Part shown: one piece after another, positions 8,874 to 17,682 of the stretch | Layout of the letters: each line of letters starts with the position of its first letter | Position numbering within the stretch: position 1 is the first letter of the stretch | Assembly: GCA_025210475.1 (NCBI GenBank) | Contig: JAOARW010000039.1 | Span: 22,355-54,354, forward strand | Origin: Carboxylicivirga sp. | GTDB lineage: Bacteria; Bacteroidota; Bacteroidia; Bacteroidales; Marinilabiliaceae | DNA length: 32,000 nucleotides | Reading direction: 5' to 3' | Program-made: the position numbers and the translations under genes | The notes under the pieces: generated by a model | The model's input: the letters and a program-made list of their open reading frames with translations, nothing else | Databases searched by the model: none | What the model was told of the DNA's origin: nothing

Positions 8874-9606
8874 CTCCAAAGCAATACAAAGGTAGCCAAC
8901 GTTGCGTTTTAGACTGGTTAAGTTCTGATACATTCCTTTCTAGTTTAAATGAATTGCTAAAAGCTACCGATGCTACTATTAAATTAAGCGATAGTTGGTT
9001 GCCAGTGGATTATGACAATCCGCAGGAAGGGGAATTGAAAGATTTCTTAAAACCTCACTTTGGTGATGAAATAGGAGAGGGTATAAAGAAATGGTGGTTG
9101 TCAATTGCTCATGCAAACGCTCGAACCCCCAATTGGGATTTATTATCAACTGCCACAATAGAAGGTAGCAAGGGTTTAATCCTAGTTGAAGCCAAAGCTC
9201 ATGCTGCGGAATTAGATGGCGAAAGCAAAGGCAAACCCTTAAGAAAAGATGCATCCGAGAACTCAATTGCGAATCACACACAGATTGGTAATGCCATAAA
9301 TGAGGCTAAATTATCAATCAGTAATCACACACAAGTGAATATATCCAGAGATAAATTTTATCAACTCTCGAATCGTGTAGCTCATGCATGGTGGTTAGCT
9401 AATCAAGGTATACCAGTCGTATTACTATACCTTGATTTCTTAATGCCGATGATATGGCAAATGATGGTTATGAAACTTTTAATACAGATGATGATTGGCA
9501 AACATGTTTTATCAATCATGCACAAAAAGTAGGCGTAGATAGCTTATTAAACAAATGGGTTGATTGTGGTAAAAGCAAGTTTATGACCATTTGCAGAAGC
9601 ATATAA
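8870..9606 (+). pseudogene. Frameshifted gene for a hypothetical protein with a possible PD-(D/E)xK-like motif. The reading frame changes at the T-run 9436-9438.
   Basis: The annotated frame ends in an implausible Met-rich tail (LMPMIWQMMVMKLLIQMMIGKHVLSIMHKK). The other frame reads FLNADDMANDGYETFNTDDDWQTCFINHAQKVGVDSLLNKWVDCGKSKFMTICRSI* and is open from 9436 to the stop at 9604-9606. The start overlaps the hsdS stop (ATGA at 8870). A D...LVEAK motif is present. Confidence 0.6.
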
Positions 9607-9638
9607 CTGAAGTATAAACCACTAACCAAACTTAACTA

Positions 9639-11084
9639 ATGTCAGAACTTATAGAAGATAGAGTCTTACAAAAAGCGGAAACCGTTTCGGAAATAAAGCC
9701 AAATATTATCACTGTATTTGAGTTATTGAGTTTAGGTGAAATTGATTTTCCGAACTACCAGCGTCCGTACAAATGGAGTGTTAAGCATGTGTCACAATTG
9801 ATTAACGATGTAATTACTTTCAAAGATAAACCTGCTTATCGCTTAGGAACTGTTGTAATTCATCAAGACAAAAGTGATACACTAAATGTAGTTGATGGTC
9901 AACAACGTACAGTTACGCTTCTCCTAGTTCTAAAAGCCATCATCAAAAGTTTCGATAGTAATCTAATTACTATCCACAATAAGAGCTTAATTAACGACCT
10001 TCATACTTTACAGGCCAAAATGCCACAGCCTAAGTTTACAAACCCTGTAAGCATTCGTAATATACAGCTCAATTATTCTGAAATAGAACGAATGATGGCT
10101 GTAATTGATGAAGAAATCATTCATTTTTTATTGCATAAATGCGAGGTCGTCAAGTTTGTTTTAACCGATGTGTCGGAGGCCTTTCAATTTTTTGATGCTC
10201 AGAATGCCCGTGGTAAAGATTTAGACCCACATGATTTATTAAAGGCCTTTCATTTGAGAGAATTTAGTGATTCAGAGAAAGAAGAACTGGACGCCTCTGT
10301 AGCAGCTTGGGAAGGTATGCAGACTAAAACTTTAGTAAGGCTGTTTGGTAGATACTTATATCGTATTAAAGGATGGCTAAAAGGTGATTCAGCCCGATAT
10401 TTTACAAAGAGTAAGGCTGACTTTTTTAAAGGAATCACATTGGACAAAATAGATAACTATCCGTTCACAAATGCCATGCGCATTACGCATTTCTATGTTG
10501 AAGGGTACAATCATTCCAATGATAGGAATATTGATTTATCAAAAATGAGTTATCCGTTCCAATTAGACCAGGCGGTTATAAATGGAAAACGTTTTTTTGA
10601 AATGACAGGCCATTATCAAAAGGTAATTGATAATTACACAGGTAACTTTATTGATACCTTAGAATTGAATAAGAAGGCCAAGGAGATAGTATATGCCATT
10701 AACAATTATGAGGGAAGAAATAGAGATGGTGATAAATATGTTCGTATGCTTTTTGATTGTGCTCTTATTTACTACTACGATAAGTTCGGAGGTATTGAAA
10801 TTTCAAGGATGATAGAAAAACTATTTATCTGGGCTTATAAATTAAGGTTACAACAACAGTCTGTATTTCTATCTACCGCTGATAATTATGTCTTAGCTAA
10901 TAATGTGTTTATTGCAATTAAAGAGGCTACACACCCTCAACAAGTGCTTAACTTCTATATTTCTCAGGTTGAAGAAATAAGGATTAACAAAAAGGACTCA
11001 TTGAAGTTTAAAGTCAATGAAGAAATTACCAAGAACAATTCGTTGATAAACATTTTCACAGACTTAAAGTATTATCATGGTTAA
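9639..11084 (+). CDS. DUF262 (ParB-like/GmrS-type) domain protein without a recognisable nuclease domain
   Basis: DUF262 signatures: DFPNYQRPYKWS, VVDGQQRTVTL and FFDAQNARGKDLDPHDLLKA. Overlaps the next gene by 8 nt. Confidence 0.85.
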   Translation: MSELIEDRVLQKAETVSEIKPNIITVFELLSLGEIDFPNYQRPYKWSVKHVSQLINDVITFKDKPAYRLGTVVIHQDKSDTLNVVDGQQRTVTLLLVLKAIIKSFDSNLITIHNKSLINDLHTLQAKMPQPKFTNPVSIRNIQLNYSEIERMMAVIDEEIIHFLLHKCEVVKFVLTDVSEAFQFFDAQNARGKDLDPHDLLKAFHLREFSDSEKEELDASVAAWEGMQTKTLVRLFGRYLYRIKGWLKGDSARYFTKSKADFFKGITLDKIDNYPFTNAMRITHFYVEGYNHSNDRNIDLSKMSYPFQLDQAVINGKRFFEMTGHYQKVIDNYTGNFIDTLELNKKAKEIVYAINNYEGRNRDGDKYVRMLFDCALIYYYDKFGGIEISRMIEKLFIWAYKLRLQQQSVFLSTADNYVLANNVFIAIKEATHPQQVLNFYISQVEEIRINKKDSLKFKVNEEITKNNSLINIFTDLKYYHG

Positions 11085-13881
11085 TAATGACGCAGTAATA
11101 GAATTAGATGTACGCACCCTACTTAGTGAAAGTGGTACTTATATAATTCCTGTTTATCAACGTAATTATGCTTGGGGTGAGGCTCAAATAAGGCAGTTAA
11201 TCAGAGATGTAATTGATTCTATTCCTAGCAACGGAGCTATGGATAAGAAATACTACATCGGAACGCTTATAGTAGATGAAAATACAACAAACGCTCATGA
11301 AATATATGAAACAATTGATGGACAGCAGAGGCTAACGACTCTCAATATTCTGGCAATGGTGCTTAAGAACCATCCTGAGTTTGCTGAAATAGACACAACT
11401 TGGTTTAATAAGTTAAATCTTGACTTCACAAATCGAGCACTATCGGCTAATGCTTTAAAGGATATTTTTAATGATTCCATTAACCCTAACCACGAGTATC
11501 ATAATTCAATAATTGATGCCTACAACCTATGTATTACCATACTTAAAAACGAATTAAAAGAAAGCAATGTAAGTTTAGAAAAGTTTACAAGCTACTTGTT
11601 TAATTATGTGAGTATTCTTCGAGTTAGTGTTCCTCCTCAAACCGATTTGAATCATTATTTTGAGATAATGAACAACAGAGGGGAGCAACTTGAGAAACAC
11701 GAAGTGCTGAAGGCAAAACTATTAGATGTTTTCAACCTTGTTAATGATGAAAAGCAGAAATCCATTTACAACCACCTTTTCCACCTGATTTGGGAAGCTT
11801 CTTCAAACATGGAAAAATATGTGCAGTATGGTTTTAAAGTAAAAGACAGACATGAATTGTTCGGTCATGAGTACTGGGATACGTTTTCTGCTGTTGATTT
11901 TGATGAGCTTACTGAATTGATTTCTATAGAATCTGATAGTGAAAAGTTAAACGAAACTGATAATGAACCAAGCGAATCATTGAGCATTGATGAAATTATT
12001 GAAAAAAGAAAAATAGAAGGGTTAACAGGTTCGAAGAAAGATGATAATCCTGACAGGTTTTATCCCATCATCAATTTTTCAAACTTCCTGCTTCATGTTC
12101 TTCGTATCCAAACAAAAGAAGATATTCCTCTTGATGATAAAAAGCTGATTAGTGTATTCGAGAATATACTTTCAAAAAAAAATGAAGAAGAAAGATTGCA
12201 ATTCACGAAGGACTTTGGGTACAACTTACTTAAAGCCAAATATCTATTTGATAAGTACATAATCAAACGAGATACTTCAACGCATCAGGAAGAGTGGAGT
12301 CTGCTTAAGATGAAGTGTTATAAGCGCAAAAAGGATACTTATAATGCCAACTACTTAAACTCGTTTGCTGATGAAAAACAGAATAGAAAACTGATTCAAC
12401 TACTTTCAATGTTTCACGTTTCTGTTCCAACTTTATCATACAAACATTGGTTAAATGCAGCATTAAATTTTGTTTTTACAAATCCTGAGGTAACAGCAGA
12501 AGTTTATGTAAGCTATTTAGAAGAAATGGCTAAACAGTTTGTTTACAATAGAATTATAGCTCAGAATCCGCAAGAATATTATCAGATGATTTACAATCCT
12601 GATAAAAATGCAGAATTAAAGTGGACTGATAATGAGAATACTATTGACTTACATAAATTGACCTTTGGAGCTATAACAAATAACCTGCTGTTTAATTATA
12701 CCGATTACTTGTTGTGGCGGAGAGAAGTTGAAAACGAGGATGGTGATTCGAAAATCATAAGTTTCAAATTTACTTCTCGTAGTTCTGTTGAGCATTATTT
12801 TCCTCAGAATCCACTGAATGAAGATGTTGAGAAGTTAGATAACAGACACCTGCATTCCTTTGGGAACTTGTGTTTAATCAGCCATGAGAAGAACTCAAAG
12901 CTAAATAATCACCTGCCACAATCAAAGAAAGACTACTATGGTAAATCAGCATCCATTGATAGTATAAAGCAATACCTAATGATGCAGGAAACAGTGAAGG
13001 ACTGGCATATTCAGGAAATTGAGAAACATGAAGATGAAATAATTGAATTACTCAAAGATAATTGTGCAACGGATTATTCATGGGAAGTAGCAAAGCCTTC
13101 TCTTGCCCGTATTTGGTTTAATAAATATAAAAGAGAAGACAAAGCCTTATTGGCACGAACCCTTATGTGCTTTGGACAAATTGATGAATATGTGGGATGG
13201 TCATGGGGCATGGGTAGATGGAGCTTTTATGAATGGGAAAGAATCGAAGCTGAAGAAGAGAATAATACGCTGTCTGAGTTTGAAAAGTATATAGAAGAAC
13301 ACAATCCTGAAACATTAAACGATATAATCGAGCAACAACTGCGTTCTAATACAGATATTAGAAAAGACTCCTATCGCTATGTATTTATAACGAGGCCACA
13401 ATTACTTAAGTATTGTGAACAAGGTAATTTTGGTTGGGGTGATGATGGAAAAAGAATACTTTTATTATCCAATAGTCGTGCAGATAAAGCTGCCTCATGT
13501 GATATGTATTGTTATACCTTAAAGCTTTTTCTTAAAGAGAAATATGATTGTAAAACAAACTGCAATCGAGAAAGGCTTAAAGTTCCCTTAATGGAGAAGG
13601 ATAATATTTTGACACTAAAGATTAAGGGTAATGAAACAGTGGCTTATTTGAGGATTTGGAATCATGAAGGTGCATTGTGTTATGACATTGACCCTCTCAA
13701 CCTTCATGGTAATTCTAAAATTATACGAAACTTAACCAACTCAGGATGGGGATACAACGACAGCAATAGATTGTACTATCAGGAAAAGACATATTTGTAT
13801 GAACTATCTGAGGATGTAGAAGATAATATTATAGAGGCCGAGAAGAACTTAATACAAATACTTTCGTATTTACAGGAATAA
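11077..13881 (+). CDS. GmrSD-like protein (N-terminal DUF262 plus a downstream DUF1524 His-Me finger nuclease domain); putative type IV (modification-dependent) restriction enzyme
   Basis: DUF262 signatures: IPVYQRNYAWGE, TIDGQQRLTTL and YFEIMNNRGEQLEKHEVLKA. DUF1524 signature: SSVEHYFPQNP...HSFGNLCLISHEKNSKLNN. Confidence 0.85.
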   Translation: MVNNDAVIELDVRTLLSESGTYIIPVYQRNYAWGEAQIRQLIRDVIDSIPSNGAMDKKYYIGTLIVDENTTNAHEIYETIDGQQRLTTLNILAMVLKNHPEFAEIDTTWFNKLNLDFTNRALSANALKDIFNDSINPNHEYHNSIIDAYNLCITILKNELKESNVSLEKFTSYLFNYVSILRVSVPPQTDLNHYFEIMNNRGEQLEKHEVLKAKLLDVFNLVNDEKQKSIYNHLFHLIWEASSNMEKYVQYGFKVKDRHELFGHEYWDTFSAVDFDELTELISIESDSEKLNETDNEPSESLSIDEIIEKRKIEGLTGSKKDDNPDRFYPIINFSNFLLHVLRIQTKEDIPLDDKKLISVFENILSKKNEEERLQFTKDFGYNLLKAKYLFDKYIIKRDTSTHQEEWSLLKMKCYKRKKDTYNANYLNSFADEKQNRKLIQLLSMFHVSVPTLSYKHWLNAALNFVFTNPEVTAEVYVSYLEEMAKQFVYNRIIAQNPQEYYQMIYNPDKNAELKWTDNENTIDLHKLTFGAITNNLLFNYTDYLLWRREVENEDGDSKIISFKFTSRSSVEHYFPQNPLNEDVEKLDNRHLHSFGNLCLISHEKNSKLNNHLPQSKKDYYGKSASIDSIKQYLMMQETVKDWHIQEIEKHEDEIIELLKDNCATDYSWEVAKPSLARIWFNKYKREDKALLARTLMCFGQIDEYVGWSWGMGRWSFYEWERIEAEEENNTLSEFEKYIEEHNPETLNDIIEQQLRSNTDIRKDSYRYVFITRPQLLKYCEQGNFGWGDDGKRILLLSNSRADKAASCDMYCYTLKLFLKEKYDCKTNCNRERLKVPLMEKDNILTLKIKGNETVAYLRIWNHEGALCYDIDPLNLHGNSKIIRNLTNSGWGYNDSNRLYYQEKTYLYELSEDVEDNIIEAEKNLIQILSYLQE

Positions 13882-13916
13882 CTTTTAATTAAACTATTAC
13901 CCTTAGCACAAACAAA

Positions 13917-16900
13917 ATGAATTATATAGGCAAACCTGAACGCTTCACACAAGACAGAGTAATCCGATTTTTTCAAGATGAATTAGACTATCGGTATCTT
14001 GGAAGTTGGGAGAATGAAGAGCGCAAACTCCCTATTGAAGAAGGCATATTGTACACTTTTCTGACAAAGAAACAAGGTTGTTCTGCCTATGTTGCCAATA
14101 AGGCTATATCTAAGCTTATAAATGCAGCTACCAATTTATCCAATGGATTATATGAAGCTAATAAAGAGGTTTATAGTCTTCTTCGATACGGAACTTCAAT
14201 TGCAGAAGAAGTTGGCGAACTGAAGGAAACGGTTCACTTTATCAATTGGTCAAACTATATACTTAATGACTTTGCAATAGCTGAAGAAGTTACTGTGAAG
14301 GGTAAAAACAACAAGCGTCCTGATGTAGTTATTTACGTAAATGGTATTGCCCTTGGTGTTATTGAGTTAAAGAAAAGTACAAAAGGTATTGAAGAAGGAA
14401 TTACTCAGAATTTGGATAATCAAAGTGATGAGTTTATTCCGAACTTTTTTACTTCTATGCAATTGGTGATGGCAGGGAATGATACTCAGGGCATTCGGTA
14501 CGGAACAATACAAACACCTGCTAAATATTACTTAAAATGGAAAGAAGATAGTAGTCAGGAATTTGATTACATTCTTGATAAACATATACTACAGCTTTGT
14601 AACAAAGAGCGTTTACTCGAATTAGTTTATGATTTCGTGATATTTGATGCAGGGACAAAAAAGCTATGTCGTCCGAATCAATTTTTCGGAATTAAAGCTG
14701 CACAAACAAATATTCTCACTCGTCAAGGTGGAATTTTATGGCACACTCAAGGGTCTGGGAAATCACTAACTATGGTTTGGCTGACCAAGTGGATTCAAGA
14801 AAATGTAAATGATAGCCGTGTGCTAATAATTACCGACCGAGAAGAATTAGACGAACAAATTGAAACACTTTTTATAGGTGTAGAGGAAAGTATTTACCGT
14901 ACAAAAAGCGGTAAAGATTTAATCAACACTCTCAACCATAAACGTCATCGTCTTATTGCTAGTTTGGTGCATAAGTTTGGCCGAACGAGTGAAGAAGGTG
15001 ATTTTGACAGCTATATCGATGAATTAAAAGCAAGTATTGGTACTGATTTCAAGGCGAAAGGAAACATCTTTGTATTTGTAGATGAATGTCATCGTACTCA
15101 ATCAGGGAAACTTCATGATGCAATGAAAAGCATTTTACCTGATGCGCTTTTTATTGGCTTTACAGGAACACCATTGCTTAAGAAAGATAAGCAAAAAAGT
15201 ATCGAAGTTTTCGGCCCTTATATTGGTAATCCATACAAGTTTGACGAAGCAGTTGAAGATGGTGTAGTGCTTGATTTACTCTACGAGGCTAGAGATGTAG
15301 AGCAATTTATTACCGACCAACAAAGCATTGATGATTGGTTTGATGCAGAAACGAAAGGCTTAACCGATGTGGCAAAAGTTGAGCTTAAGAGACGGTGGGG
15401 AACAATGCAGAAAGTACTGGGTTCCAAATCTCGTTTGGAAAAAATAGTTTTTGACATCATTAAGGATTTCAAGGTAAAACCTCGCTTGGCTAATGGAACA
15501 GGAAACGCAATGTTGGTTTCAGGGAGTGTGTATCAAGCTTGCAAATATTATGAACTCTTTCAGAACTCAGGATTTAAAGAGTGTGCCATCATCACAAGTT
15601 ATGAGCCACATATTGCAGACATAAAGGGAGAAACAACAGGAGAAGGAACTGTAACCGAGAAAGCATTAAAGTATGAAATATACCAAAAGATGCTTAACGG
15701 CAAATCTACGGACGATTTTGAAACCGAGGTAAAAGCTTTATTTATTCACGAGCCACATAAAATGAAGCTTTTGATTGTTGTAGATAAACTATTAACAGGA
15801 TTTGATGCACCGTCAGCTACCTATTTATACATCGATAAAAAGATGCAAGACCATGGCTTGTTTCAGGCTTTATGTCGGGTAAATCGTGTAGATACTGAAG
15901 ATAAAGATTATGGTTTTATCATTGACTATAAGGACTTGTTTCATAGCATAAAAGATTCAATTAGTGATTATACTTCTAATGTATTTGATGCCTACGACAA
16001 GGAAGATGTATCAGGCCTTTTAAAAGATAGGTTTGATGTTAGCAAAGAAAGGCTTGAAACAGCATTGGAAGCAATTAGAGCCATATGCGAACCGGCACAT
16101 CCAAAAACAGAACCTGGTTATATTCGCTACTTCTGTGGTAATACCGAGAATAAAGAAGATTTACAACGAACGGAAGAATTTCGATTGAATCTTTACAAAG
16201 CAACCTCTTCCTTGATTCGTGCATTTGCCAACATTGCCAACGAAATGATTAAGGCAGGATATTCTCAGAATGAAGCCAATAAGATAAAAGCAGAAGTGGA
16301 TTTTTATGCGGACTTGCGTGATACCATTAAACAAGCCAGTGGTGACGGTTTAAATTTTAAACTTTATGAACCAGGCATGCGTCAGTTAATGGACATGTAC
16401 TTAGATGCTAAGAGTAGTAAAAAGATTTCTGATTTTGAAAATCAGACTTTAGTTGACTTAATCATCAATGTAAGTGAGCCAGAAAGTGACTATAAAAAGA
16501 AAAAATCAAAGGAAGCAGTTGCAGAAACTATCGAAAACAATGTACGAAAGGTAATTATTGAAGAATCGCCTGCTAATCCAAAGTATTACGAGAAAATGTC
16601 AGTTCTGTTGGACGAACTAATTAAACAACGGAAAGATGAATCGATAAGCTATCAGGAATATCTGATGAAAATTAAGGAGCTGGCAGAACAAGTAGTTCAA
16701 CCAACAGCTAAAACTACGTATCCTGAAAATTTGGATTCTTCCGCTAAAAGAGCATTGTATGACAACCTAGAACGTAATGAAGTATTGGCTTTAGCTTTGG
16801 ATAGTGTAATTCAGACTCAGGCGCAAGATGGTTGGCGTTCACATCCTTTAAAACTTAAAAAGATACGTATCGCCATCAATGGTTTATTAAATGATGATGA

Positions 16901-16949
16901 TAAAACAGACGCAATACTACAAATCGTAAAAGCACAGGATGAATATTAA
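13917..16949 (+). CDS. hsdR: Type I restriction-modification system, restriction (helicase-nuclease) subunit R
   Basis: N-terminal PD-(D/E)xK (RPDVVIYVNGIALGVIELKKS). SF2 helicase motifs TQGSGKSLT (I), FVDECHRTQSG (II), GFTGTPL (III) and QALCRVNR (VI). Confidence 0.95.
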   Translation: MNYIGKPERFTQDRVIRFFQDELDYRYLGSWENEERKLPIEEGILYTFLTKKQGCSAYVANKAISKLINAATNLSNGLYEANKEVYSLLRYGTSIAEEVGELKETVHFINWSNYILNDFAIAEEVTVKGKNNKRPDVVIYVNGIALGVIELKKSTKGIEEGITQNLDNQSDEFIPNFFTSMQLVMAGNDTQGIRYGTIQTPAKYYLKWKEDSSQEFDYILDKHILQLCNKERLLELVYDFVIFDAGTKKLCRPNQFFGIKAAQTNILTRQGGILWHTQGSGKSLTMVWLTKWIQENVNDSRVLIITDREELDEQIETLFIGVEESIYRTKSGKDLINTLNHKRHRLIASLVHKFGRTSEEGDFDSYIDELKASIGTDFKAKGNIFVFVDECHRTQSGKLHDAMKSILPDALFIGFTGTPLLKKDKQKSIEVFGPYIGNPYKFDEAVEDGVVLDLLYEARDVEQFITDQQSIDDWFDAETKGLTDVAKVELKRRWGTMQKVLGSKSRLEKIVFDIIKDFKVKPRLANGTGNAMLVSGSVYQACKYYELFQNSGFKECAIITSYEPHIADIKGETTGEGTVTEKALKYEIYQKMLNGKSTDDFETEVKALFIHEPHKMKLLIVVDKLLTGFDAPSATYLYIDKKMQDHGLFQALCRVNRVDTEDKDYGFIIDYKDLFHSIKDSISDYTSNVFDAYDKEDVSGLLKDRFDVSKERLETALEAIRAICEPAHPKTEPGYIRYFCGNTENKEDLQRTEEFRLNLYKATSSLIRAFANIANEMIKAGYSQNEANKIKAEVDFYADLRDTIKQASGDGLNFKLYEPGMRQLMDMYLDAKSSKKISDFENQTLVDLIINVSEPESDYKKKKSKEAVAETIENNVRKVIIEESPANPKYYEKMSVLLDELIKQRKDESISYQEYLMKIKELAEQVVQPTAKTTYPENLDSSAKRALYDNLERNEVLALALDSVIQTQAQDGWRSHPLKLKKIRIAINGLLNDDDKTDAILQIVKAQDEY

Positions 16950-17664
16950 AGATGAAAATTTTACGATTGGCAGTGTTCAAATTGAGGTGGTAAGAAAAAA
17001 CATCAAGAATATGCACTTGGCCGTATATCCTCCTCATGGACGAGTGCGTTTGGCTGCCCCCGAACAAACCGATATAGAAGTGTTAAGGCTTTTTGCCATA
17101 TCAAAGTTATCTTGGTTAAAGAAGAAGATAAAAAGTTTTGAGAATCAGGCGAGGGAAACGGCACGTGAATATGTATCAGGAGAAAGCCATTATTACCAAG
17201 GGAGACGATACTTATTGGAAGTTAAGCACCATAAAGGCTATAATAAAATTGAATTACAAAATCGAAAAATTGTTTTTTATACAAAGGAGTCCGCTACAAC
17301 CGAAACACGTTCTAAGGTATTTAAAGAATGGTATCGAAGAGAACTGAAAAAGCAAATACCAACCTTAATAGATAAATGGCAAAAGGTAATTGGCGTTGAA
17401 GCTGATGAATGGGGAGTAAAGCAAATGCTTACCAAGTGGGGAGCTTGTAATATTGAGGCTAAACGTATATGGCTCAATCTTGAATTGGCAAAAAAGCCAA
17501 CTATTTGTTTAGAATACATTATCGTACACGAGCTCATTCATTTAATAGAGCGAAACCATAATGACAATTTCATTGCTCTAATGGATAAGTTTATGCCTAA
17601 GTGGCGATTACACCGAGATGAATTAAACAGTCTGCCAATCGTGCATAACGATTGGGGGTATTAA
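16939..17664 (+). CDS. DUF45/YgjP-like (M48-related) zinc metallohydrolase
   Basis: HELIHLIERNHNDNF (HExxH followed by a downstream His), typical of DUF45/COG1451. The start overlaps the 3' end of hsdR by 11 nt. Confidence 0.85.
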   Translation: MNIKDENFTIGSVQIEVVRKNIKNMHLAVYPPHGRVRLAAPEQTDIEVLRLFAISKLSWLKKKIKSFENQARETAREYVSGESHYYQGRRYLLEVKHHKGYNKIELQNRKIVFYTKESATTETRSKVFKEWYRRELKKQIPTLIDKWQKVIGVEADEWGVKQMLTKWGACNIEAKRIWLNLELAKKPTICLEYIIVHELIHLIERNHNDNFIALMDKFMPKWRLHRDELNSLPIVHNDWGY

Positions 17665-17682
17665 AAATATTAAATAACCATT

